64,000 nucleotides of DNA. Source: Escherichia coli. Its GTDB lineage: Bacteria > Pseudomonadota > Gammaproteobacteria > Enterobacterales > Enterobacteriaceae. The stretch is taken from assembly GCF_003991155.1 (NCBI RefSeq), contig NZ_CP031293.1; one strand, written 5' to 3'. Below, piece by piece: positions 26,360 to 37,764 of the stretch. The position numbers and the translations under genes were made by a program. A model generated the notes under the pieces. The model worked only from the letters and a program-made list of their open reading frames with translations, did not search any database and had not been told where the DNA came from. Position 1 is the stretch's first letter, and each line of letters starts with the position of its first letter.

Positions 26360-27703
26360 ATGGATCAGACATATTCTCTGGAGTCATTCCTCAACCATGT
26401 CCAAAAGCGCGACCCGAATCAAACCGAGTTCGCGCAAGCCGTTCGTGAAGTAATGACCACACTCTGGCCTTTTCTTGAACAAAATCCAAAATATCGCCAG
26501 ATGTCATTACTGGAGCGTCTGGTTGAACCGGAGCGCGTGATCCAGTTTCGCGTGGTATGGGTTGATGATCGCAACCAGGTACAGGTCAACCGTGCATGGC
26601 GTGTGCAGTTCAGCTCTGCCATCGGCCCGTACAAAGGCGGTATGCGCTTCCATCCGTCAGTTAACCTTTCCATTCTCAAATTCCTCGGCTTCGAACAAAC
26701 CTTCAAAAATGCCCTGACTACTCTGCCGATGGGCGGTGGTAAAGGCGGCAGCGATTTCGATCCGAAAGGAAAAAGCGAAGGTGAAGTGATGCGTTTTTGC
26801 CAGGCGCTGATGACTGAACTGTATCGCCACCTGGGCGCGGATACCGACGTTCCGGCAGGTGATATCGGGGTTGGTGGTCGTGAAGTCGGCTTTATGGCGG
26901 GGATGATGAAAAAGCTCTCCAACAATACCGCCTGCGTCTTCACCGGTAAGGGCCTTTCATTTGGCGGCAGTCTTATTCGCCCGGAAGCTACCGGCTACGG
27001 TCTGGTTTATTTCACAGAAGCAATGCTAAAACGCCACGGTATGGGTTTTGAAGGAATGCGCGTTTCCGTTTCTGGCTCCGGCAACGTCGCCCAGTACGCT
27101 ATCGAAAAAGCGATGGAATTTGGTGCTCGTGTGATCACTGCGTCAGACTCCAGTGGCACTGTAGTTGATGAAAGCGGATTCACGAAAGAGAAACTGGCGC
27201 GTCTTATCGAAATCAAAGCCAGCCGCGATGGTCGAGTGGCAGATTACGCCAAAGAATTTGGTCTGGTCTATCTCGAAGGCCAACAGCCGTGGTCTGTACC
27301 GGTTGATATCGCCCTGCCTTGCGCCACCCAGAACGAACTGGATGTTGACGCCGCGCATCAGCTTATCGCCAATGGCGTTAAAGCCGTCGCCGAAGGGGCA
27401 AATATGCCGACCACCATCGAAGCGACTGAACTGTTCCAGCAGGCAGGCGTACTGTTTGCACCGGGTAAAGCGGCTAATGCTGGCGGTGTAGCAACATCGG
27501 GCCTGGAAATGGCGCAAAACGCTGCGCGCCTGGGCTGGAAAGCCGAGAAAGTTGACGCACGTTTGCATCACATCATGCTGGATATCCACCATGCCTGTGT
27601 TGAGCATGGTGGTGAAGGTGAGCAAACCAACTACGTACAGGGCGCGAATATTGCCGGTTTTGTGAAGGTTGCCGATGCGATGTTAAGCCAGGGCGTGATT
27701 TAA
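26360..27703 (+). CDS. gdhA: NADP-specific glutamate dehydrogenase
   Basis: 447-aa ORF; GGGKGG active-site region, Glu/Leu/Phe/Val dehydrogenase family. Confidence 0.95.
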   Translation: MDQTYSLESFLNHVQKRDPNQTEFAQAVREVMTTLWPFLEQNPKYRQMSLLERLVEPERVIQFRVVWVDDRNQVQVNRAWRVQFSSAIGPYKGGMRFHPSVNLSILKFLGFEQTFKNALTTLPMGGGKGGSDFDPKGKSEGEVMRFCQALMTELYRHLGADTDVPAGDIGVGGREVGFMAGMMKKLSNNTACVFTGKGLSFGGSLIRPEATGYGLVYFTEAMLKRHGMGFEGMRVSVSGSGNVAQYAIEKAMEFGARVITASDSSGTVVDESGFTKEKLARLIEIKASRDGRVADYAKEFGLVYLEGQQPWSVPVDIALPCATQNELDVDAAHQLIANGVKAVAEGANMPTTIEATELFQQAGVLFAPGKAANAGGVATSGLEMAQNAARLGWKAEKVDARLHHIMLDIHHACVEHGGEGEQTNYVQGANIAGFVKVADAMLSQGVI

Positions 27704-27710
27704 GACAATT

Positions 27711-27744
27711 GTGCCGGATACAGCGCAAACGCCTTATCCGGCCA
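27711..27744. repeat. REP-like palindrome downstream of gdhA (GTGCCGGATACAGCGCAAACGCCTTATCCGGCCA)
   Basis: Inverted GCCGGAT...ATCCGGC arms as in REP elements. Confidence 0.55.
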
Positions 27745-27779
27745 TAAAAATCTTCAGTATCAGATGGTTGAAAGAACCT

Positions 27780-29735
27780 TTATATTATCACTCCATTGCC
27801 CGCCTCTTCTGATGGCGGGCTTTTTTTCGGCGCTCTCTTGCGTGTCGAATCCTTTTTCTTCCCTTCTCCACCGCCGGGAACCATTATTCCCCGAAACTGC
27901 CTTACCGACGTGCGCTTTGCCTGATCAATCAACTGGTACAATGTCCCCACCAGCGGCTGCATAAAGTCCTGATAGCGACACTGCTTTTCGCTGATTTGCG
28001 TCAGCACCGATTCCCAGTGCGCGGTCATGTCCGGTCGCGTCGCCATCTCTGGCAGCGAATGGAATAGCGCTTTTCCGGCGTCGGTGGAGTGGATATAGCG
28101 CCCTTTTTTGGTCAGGAAACCACGCTTGAACAACAGTTCAATAATCCCGGCACGGGTTGCTTCTGTCCCCAGACCATCGGTCGCACGAAGGATCTTTTTC
28201 AGATCTTTGTCCTGCACAAAGCGTGCGATCCCGGTCATCGCCGAAAGCAGTGTTGCATCGGTAAAATGGCGCGGCGGCTGGGTTTGCCGCTCTACCACTT
28301 CACCTTTTTCGCACAACAATTCATCGCCTTTCGCCACCACAGGCAGCGGCGTGCCGTCGTTTTCTTCATCGCGTTCTTTGCTGCCTAACAGCGTGCGCCA
28401 GCCTGCTTCAGCAAGAAAACGGGCTTTAGCGACAAATTTGCCTTTGGCAATGTCCAGTTCGATAACACACTTGCGGAACACCGCATCCGGGCAGAACTGC
28501 ATCAAGTACTGACGGGCAATCAGGTTATAGACCTTCGCTTCGTTCTCCGTCAGGTTGATCGCAGAACTCCGTGCGGTCGGAATGATGGCGTGGTGCGCAT
28601 CGACCTTTTTGTCATCCCAACAGCGGTTGCGTATATCTGGATCTACCACTGGCTGCGGCAACAGATCCGGTGCATGAACGCTGATGGCATTCATCACTGC
28701 GTGGCGTCCGGCAAAATGTTCTTCTGGCAAATAGCGGCAATCGGAACGCGGATAAGTGATTAGCTTGTGCGTTTCGTACAGCTTCTGGCAGATATCAAGC
28801 ACGTTCTGCGCGCTCAGACCAAAACGTTTAGCCGCTTCAATCTGCAACGCCGAAAGCGAAAAAGGAAGCGGCGCGGATTCTGATTCCCGTTTATCGTTAT
28901 AGCTGGTGACAATAGCTGGTTGACCACTAATGCGGTTAACCACATGCTCCGCCAGTGGACGATGTAACAAGCGCCCTTCTTCATCCTGGTACGGTTCACA
29001 CGCTTCGCTCGGTTGCCAGATAGCGGTAAACCGCTCATCGGCAGGTGTCACGATATGTGCTTTGACTTCAAAGAAATCTTTCGCCACGAAGTTTTCAATC
29101 TCTTCGTCGCGGCGCACCACCAGTCCGAGTACGGGCGTCTGCACGCGTCCCACGGAAAGTACGCCCTGATAACCGGCATTGCGACCGAGAATGGTGTAAG
29201 CGCGGGTCATATTGATGCCGTACAGCCAGTCAGCTCGGGCTCGCGCCAGTGCAGAAACGCACAGCGGTACAAACTCGCTATTGGAGCGAAGACGATCGAT
29301 CGCCCGCTCAACCGCCTGCGGGTTCAGGTCGTTTATCAAACAACGCTGTACCTGCTGGCGCTTTTCCGGTGCCAGTTGCAGGTAGTCCAGCACTTCATCC
29401 ACCAGCAGTTGCCCTTCGCGATCCGGGTCTCCGGCGTGAACGATTTCGCTGGCTTCATGCAGGAAGCGTTTGATGACATTAAGTTGTTTAGTCACGGAGG
29501 GTCGGGGCTGTAATTGCCACTTTTCCGGGACAATTGGCAAATCCGCAAGATTCCAGCGCGCATAGCGGCTGTCGTAGGCGTCTGGCTGCGCCTGCTCAAG
29601 CAGGTGACCGATACACCAGGTCACCACCTGACCATTACCGCACTCGATAAAGCCATCGCCTTTCCGGTGCGGTTTAGGCAGGACATCAGCAATGGCGCGC
29701 GCCAGACTCGGTTTTTCGGCAATAAACAACCGCAT
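27780..29735 (-). CDS. topB: DNA topoisomerase III
   Basis: Start at [23 protein letters not shown]...; Lys-rich C-terminal tail; 651 aa by my count. Confidence 0.9.
   Translation of the reverse strand: MRLFIAEKPSLARAIADVLPKPHRKGDGFIECGNGQVVTWCIGHLLEQAQPDAYDSRYARWNLADLPIVPEKWQLQPRPSVTKQLNVIKRFLHEASEIVHAGDPDREGQLLVDEVLDYLQLAPEKRQQVQRCLINDLNPQAVERAIDRLRSNSEFVPLCVSALARARADWLYGINMTRAYTILGRNAGYQGVLSVGRVQTPVLGLVVRRDEEIENFVAKDFFEVKAHIVTPADERFTAIWQPSEACEPYQDEEGRLLHRPLAEHVVNRISGQPAIVTSYNDKRESESAPLPFSLSALQIEAAKRFGLSAQNVLDICQKLYETHKLITYPRSDCRYLPEEHFAGRHAVMNAISVHAPDLLPQPVVDPDIRNRCWDDKKVDAHHAIIPTARSSAINLTENEAKVYNLIARQYLMQFCPDAVFRKCVIELDIAKGKFVAKARFLAEAGWRTLLGSKERDEENDGTPLPVVAKGDELLCEKGEVVERQTQPPRHFTDATLLSAMTGIARFVQDKDLKKILRATDGLGTEATRAGIIELLFKRGFLTKKGRYIHSTDAGKALFHSLPEMATRPDMTAHWESVLTQISEKQCRYQDFMQPLVGTLYQLIDQAKRTSVRQFRGIMVPGGGEGKKKDSTRKRAPKKSPPSEEAGNGVII
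27798..27827 (+). terminator. intrinsic terminator-like hairpin GCCCGCC-TCTTCTGAT-GGCGGGC plus T7 run, positioned as gdhA terminator and lying inside the last codons of topB on the other strand
   Basis: 7-bp GC-rich stem followed directly by TTTTTTT. Confidence 0.6.
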
Positions 29736-29739
29736 TGAA

Positions 29740-30783
29740 TTAACGGATCTCAACCATGGCACGACCGCCGCGCGCTGGCACCAGTTCGCCAATCGCCGTC
29801 AGTTCAATGCCAAACTCGGCGGCTGTAGCTTTGACCTCATTTTCTGCTTCCGGCATGACCGCCAGCAGCAAACCGCCAGAAGTTTGCGGATCGCACAGCA
29901 GATCGCGCACTTCACGCGGCATTTCACCCATCAGATGACCGTAGCTGGCAAAGTTACGTTCGGTGCCGCCAGGCACTGCGCCCAACTTAATGTACTCTTC
30001 AACCCCAGGCAATTTCGGGATCGCGTCATAGTCGACGCGCGCCTGCACACCTGCGCCCTGACACATTTCGCTTAAATGCCCCAGCAAACCAAAACCCGTA
30101 ACGTCGGTCATCGCTTTTACGCCTTCGATGTTGGCAAAGGACGCGCCTGCGATGTTCATCCGGCACATCACTTCCGTCGCCAGTCCCTGATGTTCTGGTT
30201 TAAGCAGTGATTTTTTCTCAGCCGTGGTAAGAACGCCAATCCCCAGCGGCTTCGTCAGGAACAGTTTGCATCCGGCTTGTGCGGTACTGTTTTTCTTCAC
30301 CCGCTCGGTCGGTACGATCCCCGTTACCGCCAGACCAAAAATCGGCTCCGGCGCATCGATGGAGTGACCGCCAGCCAGCGCAATACCCGCCTGACGGCAT
30401 GCATAGCGTCCACCTTCGGTCACTTCGCGGGCAATTTCCGGGGAAAGTTTGTTAATCGGCCAGCCGAGGATCGCAATCGCCATAATTGGTTTGCCGCCCA
30501 TTGCGAAGATATCGCTGATGGCGTTAGTCGCCGCAATGCGGCCAAAATCGAAAGGATTATCAACGATCGGCATAAAGAAGTCGGTGGTACTGATAACGCT
30601 GGTGCCATTGCCCAGATCGTATACCGCCGCATCGTCGCGGGTTTCATTACCCACAAGCAAATTCGGATCAACAAACTTCGCCTGCTCACTGTGCAGGATG
30701 GTTTCCAACACTTTTGGGGAAATTTTACAGCCGCAACCAGCGCCGTGGCTGTATTGGGTCAAACGAATCGAGTTCTCGCTCAT
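29740..30783 (-). CDS. selD: selenide, water dikinase (selenophosphate synthetase)
   Basis: Start at [21 protein letters not shown]..., 347 aa; 4-bp gap to topB start. Confidence 0.95.
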
Positions 30784-30899
30784 GGACATCTCCTGTCAAT
30801 GCAATCCGGGTATGGTAACCCTCATTCCATGAAGTGATAAGTGAGAGTGTCTGAATTCCTGCTCCTTTGCTCACAATCCAGACAGTTTCGCGACAATTA

Positions 30900-31451
30900 T
30901 CAGAAATAAGTCACAAACGGCGTCGGGTCCGGGACGTTTATCGACGTAGATGCTTTCAACTGCGGCGTACCGAGGTAGAGAAAACCGACAATTTTATCCT
31001 GCTCACGGCAACCGAATGCTTCACGCACTACCGGACTTTCAGTTAATGCACCACTGCGCCAGATGCCGCCAAACCCCTGGGCAACTGCTGCCATTTGCAT
31101 CGCCATGACCGCGCATCCCGCAGACATTTCCTGTTCCCAGCGCGGGACTTTATGATTTTCTTCGCATTTCGCCACCACCGTTATGATGAGCGGTGCGCGG
31201 AACGGCGCATTACGCGCTTTGTCGATGGCTTTGTTATCACTACCGGCAGCAATCGCCCCCTGCTCCAGTACAGCGCTGAAACGCTCGCGCCCTTCCCCTT
31301 CAATCACAAAGAAATGCCACGGTTGCATGGACTTATGGTCCGGCGCACGCATACCCGCACGCAGGATGTTTTGCAGTTGTTCACCCGTTGGCGCGGGTTC
31401 AGCCATGCGGGAGGCGCTACGGCGATTGATCAATAGTTCGAGTGCATCCAT
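30900..31451 (-). CDS. ydjA: nitroreductase-family protein
   Basis: 183-aa ORF. Confidence 0.85.
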   Translation of the reverse strand: MDALELLINRRSASRMAEPAPTGEQLQNILRAGMRAPDHKSMQPWHFFVIEGEGRERFSAVLEQGAIAAGSDNKAIDKARNAPFRAPLIITVVAKCEENHKVPRWEQEMSAGCAVMAMQMAAVAQGFGGIWRSGALTESPVVREAFGCREQDKIVGFLYLGTPQLKASTSINVPDPTPFVTYF

Positions 31452-31611
31452 TTGATTAACTCCTGTCGTGATATTTATTCACAAAATTAACACGAGAGTG
31501 GATTTTGTTACAGCCCAGTCCGCAATTCCTGCTGACAAGTGCCGGTTGGGTCATTACGATAACCACATCTATTGCGCCTGAAAAAGGTGTGACCTTAAGT
31601 TGGGAGAATAC

Positions 31612-33468
31612 ATGCGAACCCTTTGGCGATTTATTGCCGGATTTTTTAAATGGACGTGGCGTCTGCTGAATTTCGTCCGTGAAATGGTACTTAACCTGTT
31701 CTTTATTTTTCTCGTGCTGGTTGGTGTGGGGATCTGGATGCAGGTCAGTGGTGGTGATTCGAAAGAAACGGCCAGTCGTGGCGCACTGCTGCTGGACATT
31801 TCTGGTGTGATCGTCGATAAACCCGACAGTTCTCAGCGGTTTAGTAAATTAAGCCGCCAGCTGCTTGGTGCCAGTTCCGATCGTCTGCAGGAAAACTCAC
31901 TGTTTGATATCGTCAACACCATTCGCCAGGCGAAGGACGACCGCAATATCACCGGTATCGTGATGGATCTGAAAAACTTTGCAGGCGGCGACCAGCCGTC
32001 TATGCAGTACATCGGCAAAGCTCTGAAAGAGTTTCGTGACAGCGGGAAACCGGTTTATGCCGTTGGCGAGAACTACAGCCAGGGGCAATATTATCTCGCC
32101 AGTTTCGCCAATAAAATTTGGCTGTCTCCGCAAGGCGTGGTGGATCTGCACGGCTTTGCCACCAACGGTCTGTACTACAAATCGTTGCTGGATAAGCTGA
32201 AAGTTTCCACCCATGTGTTCCGCGTGGGTACGTATAAATCTGCCGTTGAACCGTTTATTCGTGATGATATGTCGCCGGCAGCCCGCGAAGCTGACAGCCG
32301 CTGGATTGGTGAGCTGTGGCAAAACTATCTGAATACTGTTGCCGCTAACCGGCAGATCCCTGCTCAGCAGGTATTCCCTGGCGCGCAAGGGTTGCTTGAG
32401 GGTTTAACCAAAACCGGTGGCGATACCGCGAAATATGCGCTGGAAAACAAGCTGGTCGATGCACTGGCATCGAGTGCCGAAATCGAAAAAGCTCTGACCA
32501 AAGAGTTCGGCTGGAGTAAGACTGATAAAAATTATCGCGCCATCAGTTATTACGATTACGCATTGAAAACGCCGGCAGATACCGGTGACAGCATCGGAGT
32601 CGTCTTCGCTAATGGCGCAATTATGGATGGCGAGGAAACTCAGGGGAATGTTGGCGGTGATACCACTGCGGCACAAATCCGCGACGCTCGCCTTGACCCG
32701 AAAGTGAAAGCGATTGTCCTGCGTGTTAATAGCCCAGGCGGCAGCGTTACCGCGTCTGAAGTGATTCGCGCTGAACTGGCAGCAGCCCGGGCAGCGGGTA
32801 AGCCTGTGGTTGTATCGATGGGCGGTATGGCGGCATCTGGTGGTTACTGGATTTCCACACCAGCTAATTACATTGTGGCTAACCCCAGCACCCTGACCGG
32901 TTCTATCGGTATCTTCGGCGTGATCACCACCGTAGAAAATAGTCTGGATTCGATTGGTGTTCATACTGATGGTGTCTCAACTTCACCGCTGGCGGATGTT
33001 TCTATCACCAGGGCACTGCCGCCGGAAGCGCAGCAGATGATGCAGTTAAGCATTGAGAATGGCTATAAACGCTTTATCACGCTGGTTGCTGATGCGCGTC
33101 ATTCAACGCCGGAGCAGATTGATAAAATCGCCCAGGGCCACGTCTGGACCGGTCAGGATGCAAAAGCTAACGGGCTGGTCGATAGTCTCGGGGATTTCGA
33201 TGATGCGGTCGCCAAAGCAGCAGAGCTGGCAAAAGTGAAACAGTGGCATCTGGAATACTACGTTGATGAACCGACCTTCTTCGACAAAGTGATGGACAAC
33301 ATGTCTGGTTCTGTCCGCGCAATGTTGCCAGATGCGTTCCAGGCCATGTTACCTGCACCGCTGGCCTCGGTAGCCTCTACCGTTAAAAGTGAAAGCGACA
33401 AGCTGGCCGCGTTTAACGACCCACAAAACCGTTATGCGTTTTGCCTGACCTGCGCCAACGTGCGTTAA
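31612..33468 (+). CDS. sppA: signal peptide peptidase A (protease IV)
   Basis: Start at [14 protein letters not shown]..., 618 aa, tandem S49 peptidase domains. Confidence 0.9.
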
Positions 33469-33480
33469 GTCATGTACTAA

Positions 33481-33512
33481 GTGGCCGACAGATCGTCGGC
33501 CACATTTTTTTT
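33481..33512 (+). terminator. rho-independent terminator after sppA (GTGGCCGAC-AGAT-CGTCGGCCAC plus T8)
   Basis: Perfect 9-bp stem plus U-run. Confidence 0.8.
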
Positions 33513-33633
33513 ACCTCGACGAATCCTCTTCCCGCTGTCTCGCCCCATATTTCCTTATCCGCATAGTATCAGGTGCGCTCCCCCTGCCTCACGTATATAC
33601 TTTTGCTCTTTCGATATCATTCATATCAATATC

Positions 33634-34650
33634 ATGCAAAAGAAATCAATTTACGTCGCCTACACGGGCGGGACCATCGGGATGCAGCGTTCCGAGCAGG
33701 GTTATATTCCGGTGTCAGGTCATCTACAACGCCAACTGGCGCTGATGCCGGAATTCCATCGCCCGGAGATGCCAGATTTCACCATTCATGAATATACGCC
33801 ATTGATGGATTCTTCTGATATGACGCCAGAAGACTGGCAGCATATTGCTGAAGATATTAAAGCGCACTATGACGACTATGATGGTTTTGTCATTCTGCAC
33901 GGTACAGACACGATGGCGTATACCGCCTCTGCACTGTCGTTCATGCTCGAGAATCTCGGTAAACCGGTCATTGTGACAGGGTCACAAATCCCGCTAGCTG
34001 AGTTACGCTCTGACGGACAAATTAATCTGCTGAATGCGTTGTACGTTGCGGCGAATTATCCTATCAACGAAGTAACTCTCTTTTTTAATAATCGACTTTA
34101 TCGTGGCAACCGTACCACCAAAGCCCATGCCGATGGTTTTGATGCGTTTGCCTCTCCAAACCTTCCTCCGTTACTGGAAGCAGGTATCCATATTCGTCGT
34201 TTGAATACACCACCCGCCCCGCACGGTGAAGGGGAATTGATCGTTCATCCAATCACCCCACAACCGATTGGCGTAGTGACGATTTATCCAGGGATTTCTG
34301 CTGACGTCGTGCGCAATTTTCTGCGCCAACCGGTGAAAGCATTGATTCTGCGCTCATATGGCGTGGGTAATGCGCCACAAAACAAAGCCTTCCTGCAAGA
34401 ATTACAAGAAGCCAGCGATCGCGGTATTGTGGTAGTCAACCTGACACAATGTATGTCCGGTAAAGTGAATATGGGTGGTTATGCCACCGGTAACGCCCTC
34501 GCCCATGCCGGCGTTATTGGCGGTGCAGATATGACTGTAGAAGCCACACTAACCAAACTGCATTACCTGCTTAGCCAGGAACTGGATACTGAAACCATTC
34601 GCAAGGCCATGAGCCAAAACCTGCGCGGCGAACTGACGCCGGATGATTAA
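33634..34650 (+). CDS. ansA: cytoplasmic L-asparaginase I
   Basis: Start at MQKKSIYVAYTGGTIGMQRS (asparaginase TGGTIG motif), 338 aa. Confidence 0.9.
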   Translation: MQKKSIYVAYTGGTIGMQRSEQGYIPVSGHLQRQLALMPEFHRPEMPDFTIHEYTPLMDSSDMTPEDWQHIAEDIKAHYDDYDGFVILHGTDTMAYTASALSFMLENLGKPVIVTGSQIPLAELRSDGQINLLNALYVAANYPINEVTLFFNNRLYRGNRTTKAHADGFDAFASPNLPPLLEAGIHIRRLNTPPAPHGEGELIVHPITPQPIGVVTIYPGISADVVRNFLRQPVKALILRSYGVGNAPQNKAFLQELQEASDRGIVVVNLTQCMSGKVNMGGYATGNALAHAGVIGGADMTVEATLTKLHYLLSQELDTETIRKAMSQNLRGELTPDD

Positions 34651-34660
34651 GGAGACTGCA

Positions 34661-35302
34661 ATGCCCCCTCGCGCCCTGTTACTGGTCGATTTACAAAATG
34701 ATTTCTGTGCTGGTGGCGCGCTCGCCGTGCCGGAAGGTGACAGTACGGTGGATGTCGCTAACCGCCTGATTGACTGGTGCCAGTCGCGCGGTGAAGCGGT
34801 TATCGCCAGTCAGGACTGGCACCCGGCGAATCACGGCAGTTTTGCCAGTCAGCACGGTGTAGAGCCTTATACGCCGGGCCAACTCGACGGTTTGCCACAA
34901 ACCTTCTGGCCAGATCACTGTGTGCAGAACAGTGAAGGCGCACAATTACATCCGTTACTGAACCAAAAAGCGATCGCAGCGGTGTTCCATAAAGGCGAAA
35001 ATCCTTTAGTTGACAGTTACAGTGCCTTTTTTGATAACGGCCGTCGGCAGAAAACTGCGCTCGATGACTGGTTGCGCGCTCATGTAATCAATGAATTGAT
35101 CGTTATGGGTCTGGCTACTGACTATTGCGTGAAGTTTACCGTGCTGGACGCGTTACAGTTAGGCTATAAGGTGAACGTGATTACCGATGGTTGTCGTGGC
35201 GTAAATATCCAGCCACAGGACAGTGCGCACGCGTTTATGGAGATGTCAGCAGCTGGGGCAACGCTATATACGCTGGCAGACTGGGAAGAAACGCAGGAGT
35301 AA
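34661..35302 (+). CDS. pncA: nicotinamidase / pyrazinamidase
   Basis: Start at MPPRALLLVDLQNDFCAGG, isochorismatase family, 213 aa. Confidence 0.9.
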   Translation: MPPRALLLVDLQNDFCAGGALAVPEGDSTVDVANRLIDWCQSRGEAVIASQDWHPANHGSFASQHGVEPYTPGQLDGLPQTFWPDHCVQNSEGAQLHPLLNQKAIAAVFHKGENPLVDSYSAFFDNGRRQKTALDDWLRAHVINELIVMGLATDYCVKFTVLDALQLGYKVNVITDGCRGVNIQPQDSAHAFMEMSAAGATLYTLADWEETQE

Positions 35303-35311
35303 TTTTACGCT

Positions 35312-35342
35312 GGCCTACAATTCTGTACTGCCATTGTAGGCC
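35312..35342. repeat. palindrome GGCCTACAAT-N11-ATTGTAGGCC between convergent pncA and ydjE; likely shared terminator / REP-like element
   Basis: Perfect 10-bp inverted repeat. Confidence 0.5.
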
Positions 35343-35394
35343 AAATAAAACACGTCAGTGGTACATCTGGCAATTGATGCCATCAACGAAAGAT

Positions 35395-36753
35395 TTAATT
35401 CACCTCAGAAATCTCTTCCAGCGACACCTTCCGCGTTTCGATGCCAAAAATGGAGAGAACCAGCGCACAGAGCACTAACATGACACCAAGCACCATAAAC
35501 ACCGTGATTGACCCATAATGCGTTAATAGTGCCGCAACGCCATAGGGCGTGAAGACTGCGACGATCCGTCCGACGGCATTAACGAAACCCGAACCACGCA
35601 GGCGTAAATGCGTTGGCCAAAGTTCCGGGATATAAACCGCCGACGCGAAGCACACATACATGTATAAAAAGAAGATCATCACCAGGCCATAGATTAAAAT
35701 CGCCCACTCTGTAGTCTGAATTGAATAGATATAGCCTAACACAGCAATAATAATAAGTAAGGCAGAGCCAAATAATCGACGAGGAAAATGATCAATAATT
35801 AATGCCGCAATAAATATCCCTACCGGAGCGCCAATCATAATAACAGCGGTCATTAATATTGATTTATCAACATCAATGCCGGAGTTAACAAATATGGTCG
35901 GTATCCATACGGTGATGGTATAAAGCGAAATGTTCATTGCAATTAAAACAGTAATCGCGACTAATGTACGTCGTAACATTTCCCCTTTAAACAGGAGCCA
36001 GAAGGTACCCTTGATTACCTTAACCTTGCTGTTGCTCTGGTTCAAAGTAAGCGGGGGTAAACGAATACTCTTCTCTCTTTCAATTTGCTGCTCTACTTCA
36101 CGAAGTTGGCTTTCTGCACCTGCGATTTGCCCTTTCCCCGCCAACCATCGAGGCGACTCAATAAAGTATTTACCTGAGAGAAACCAGGCTAACAGTATGC
36201 CAATACCACCCAGCAGAAACATTATCCGCCAACTAAAAAAAGCGATAACCACCACGCCTATCGCCGCAGACAACATGGGCGACCAGTTACCGACAAATGA
36301 GAGCCGCGCGGACCATTTTCCACGCACCGTCGCGGGGATAAACTCCGTAAATGAGGCATAGCCAACCATAATCAGCGCCCCCATTCCTGTTCCCATCAGG
36401 AAGCGAAAGAAGATGAGCCAGTACATATCAGGGACAAAAGCGGCCCCTGTTGCCGCAATACCGACGATGAGAAGATTTATGCGAAACGCCCTGCGCCGCC
36501 CAAAGTAGTCACCAATAAACCCACCGGTAAGAGAGCCGATGAAATAACCAAACATTAATGCCGAGGTAAAGGCGGCATTGAGGAGATTATTTGACCATCC
36601 ATTGCTTACCAGCTTTGCTAAAACAACATTGCCTGAATAACTCAAAAAACCCGTTAATAACAGACTAAAGCTTATAATACCAAATATACGATAATGAAAC
36701 CGGGCCAAAGGCAAGCGGTCCAGTCTTGCGCCAATTTGATCATATTGTTCCAT
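35395..36753 (-). CDS. ydjE: MFS transporter
   Basis: 452-aa, about 12 TM helices, sugar-porter-like GR[RK] motifs. Confidence 0.8.
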   Translation of the reverse strand: MEQYDQIGARLDRLPLARFHYRIFGIISFSLLLTGFLSYSGNVVLAKLVSNGWSNNLLNAAFTSALMFGYFIGSLTGGFIGDYFGRRRAFRINLLIVGIAATGAAFVPDMYWLIFFRFLMGTGMGALIMVGYASFTEFIPATVRGKWSARLSFVGNWSPMLSAAIGVVVIAFFSWRIMFLLGGIGILLAWFLSGKYFIESPRWLAGKGQIAGAESQLREVEQQIEREKSIRLPPLTLNQSNSKVKVIKGTFWLLFKGEMLRRTLVAITVLIAMNISLYTITVWIPTIFVNSGIDVDKSILMTAVIMIGAPVGIFIAALIIDHFPRRLFGSALLIIIAVLGYIYSIQTTEWAILIYGLVMIFFLYMYVCFASAVYIPELWPTHLRLRGSGFVNAVGRIVAVFTPYGVAALLTHYGSITVFMVLGVMLVLCALVLSIFGIETRKVSLEEISEVN

Positions 36754-36869
36754 TAGGTGCCTCGGATTTGCTAAAAAGGTAGCAATTGCGGCAAATTCAC
36801 TTGCCGCATCTTTATCATCATTTTATTTCCAGGCGCAGGAACAAATAATATTGACAACGTGTGCTTAAA

Positions 36870-37628
36870 TTACCACACCAGCTGGATATTATTGTCTTTG
36901 CAAAATGCTATCCACTCTGCACCCGGTGATTTATCAGTTATTATGTAATTAATATGACTAAAGTCAGCTAACTGGACAAAAGCTTTGCGATCAAACTTAG
37001 AGTGATCAACCAATAACGCAACTTCTGTCGCCTGACGGATCATTGTCTTTTTGATTTCAGCTTCCGCTTCGTTAGAGTCCAGCGCGCCGCTGTTAATATC
37101 AAGACCTTTACAACTCATTACCATGATATCGACATGGTAGCGGCTGATGATCTCTTTAGTAATTCTTCCTTGCAGGGAAAGTGTATTTTTGTTTAGTTCC
37201 CCCCCCGTTGAAACGACTTTAATTTCTGACTGAGCCAGAACATGAATCGCTTCCGCCGAGTTGGTTAGCAACGTCAGGTCACTACGGTCCTGTAACAATT
37301 TGAGCAATTCCATTACGGTACTACTGGAATCGGCTGCCATGGTGGTTTTATTGTCGATAAAGGGTAGTGCCTTGCGTGCAATAAGCTGCTTCTCTTCATA
37401 AAACGATGAAGCGCGCTTATAAAAATGGATATTCTCCGTCAACATCGCTGTATTTAAAACAGCACCACCATAGGTTCTGGTCAAAAAGCCTTCATCTTCC
37501 AGCTTCTCAAGATCGCGGCGAATGGTTTCTTCGGTTACCTGAAAAATCCCACTCAAATTTGAGACTGTCACCTTTTTATCGTTGGCAACCATTTGCTTAA
37601 TTGCCTGAATCCTGTCTTTTGCCGCCAC
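36870..37628 (-). CDS. ydjF: DeoR-family transcriptional regulator
   Basis: 252-aa ORF, N-terminal HTH plus DeoR C-terminal sugar-phosphate sensor domain. Confidence 0.8.
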   Translation of the reverse strand: MAAKDRIQAIKQMVANDKKVTVSNLSGIFQVTEETIRRDLEKLEDEGFLTRTYGGAVLNTAMLTENIHFYKRASSFYEEKQLIARKALPFIDNKTTMAADSSSTVMELLKLLQDRSDLTLLTNSAEAIHVLAQSEIKVVSTGGELNKNTLSLQGRITKEIISRYHVDIMVMSCKGLDINSGALDSNEAEAEIKKTMIRQATEVALLVDHSKFDRKAFVQLADFSHINYIITDKSPGAEWIAFCKDNNIQLVW

Positions 37629-37764
37629 GATTACACCCCTGTATCTTTTTACATCACATTAGCGCGATTATCGCATAACCGATGTTTACTTTCAAAATAA
37701 CCTGTTTGAATCACAGATTTTCATCACAGTTTTCACAGAAACAGAGGTGAATCGTGTTGAGTAT

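Noticed and set aside
32404-32964. 186-aa minus-strand ORF
   Set aside because: Antisense within sppA.
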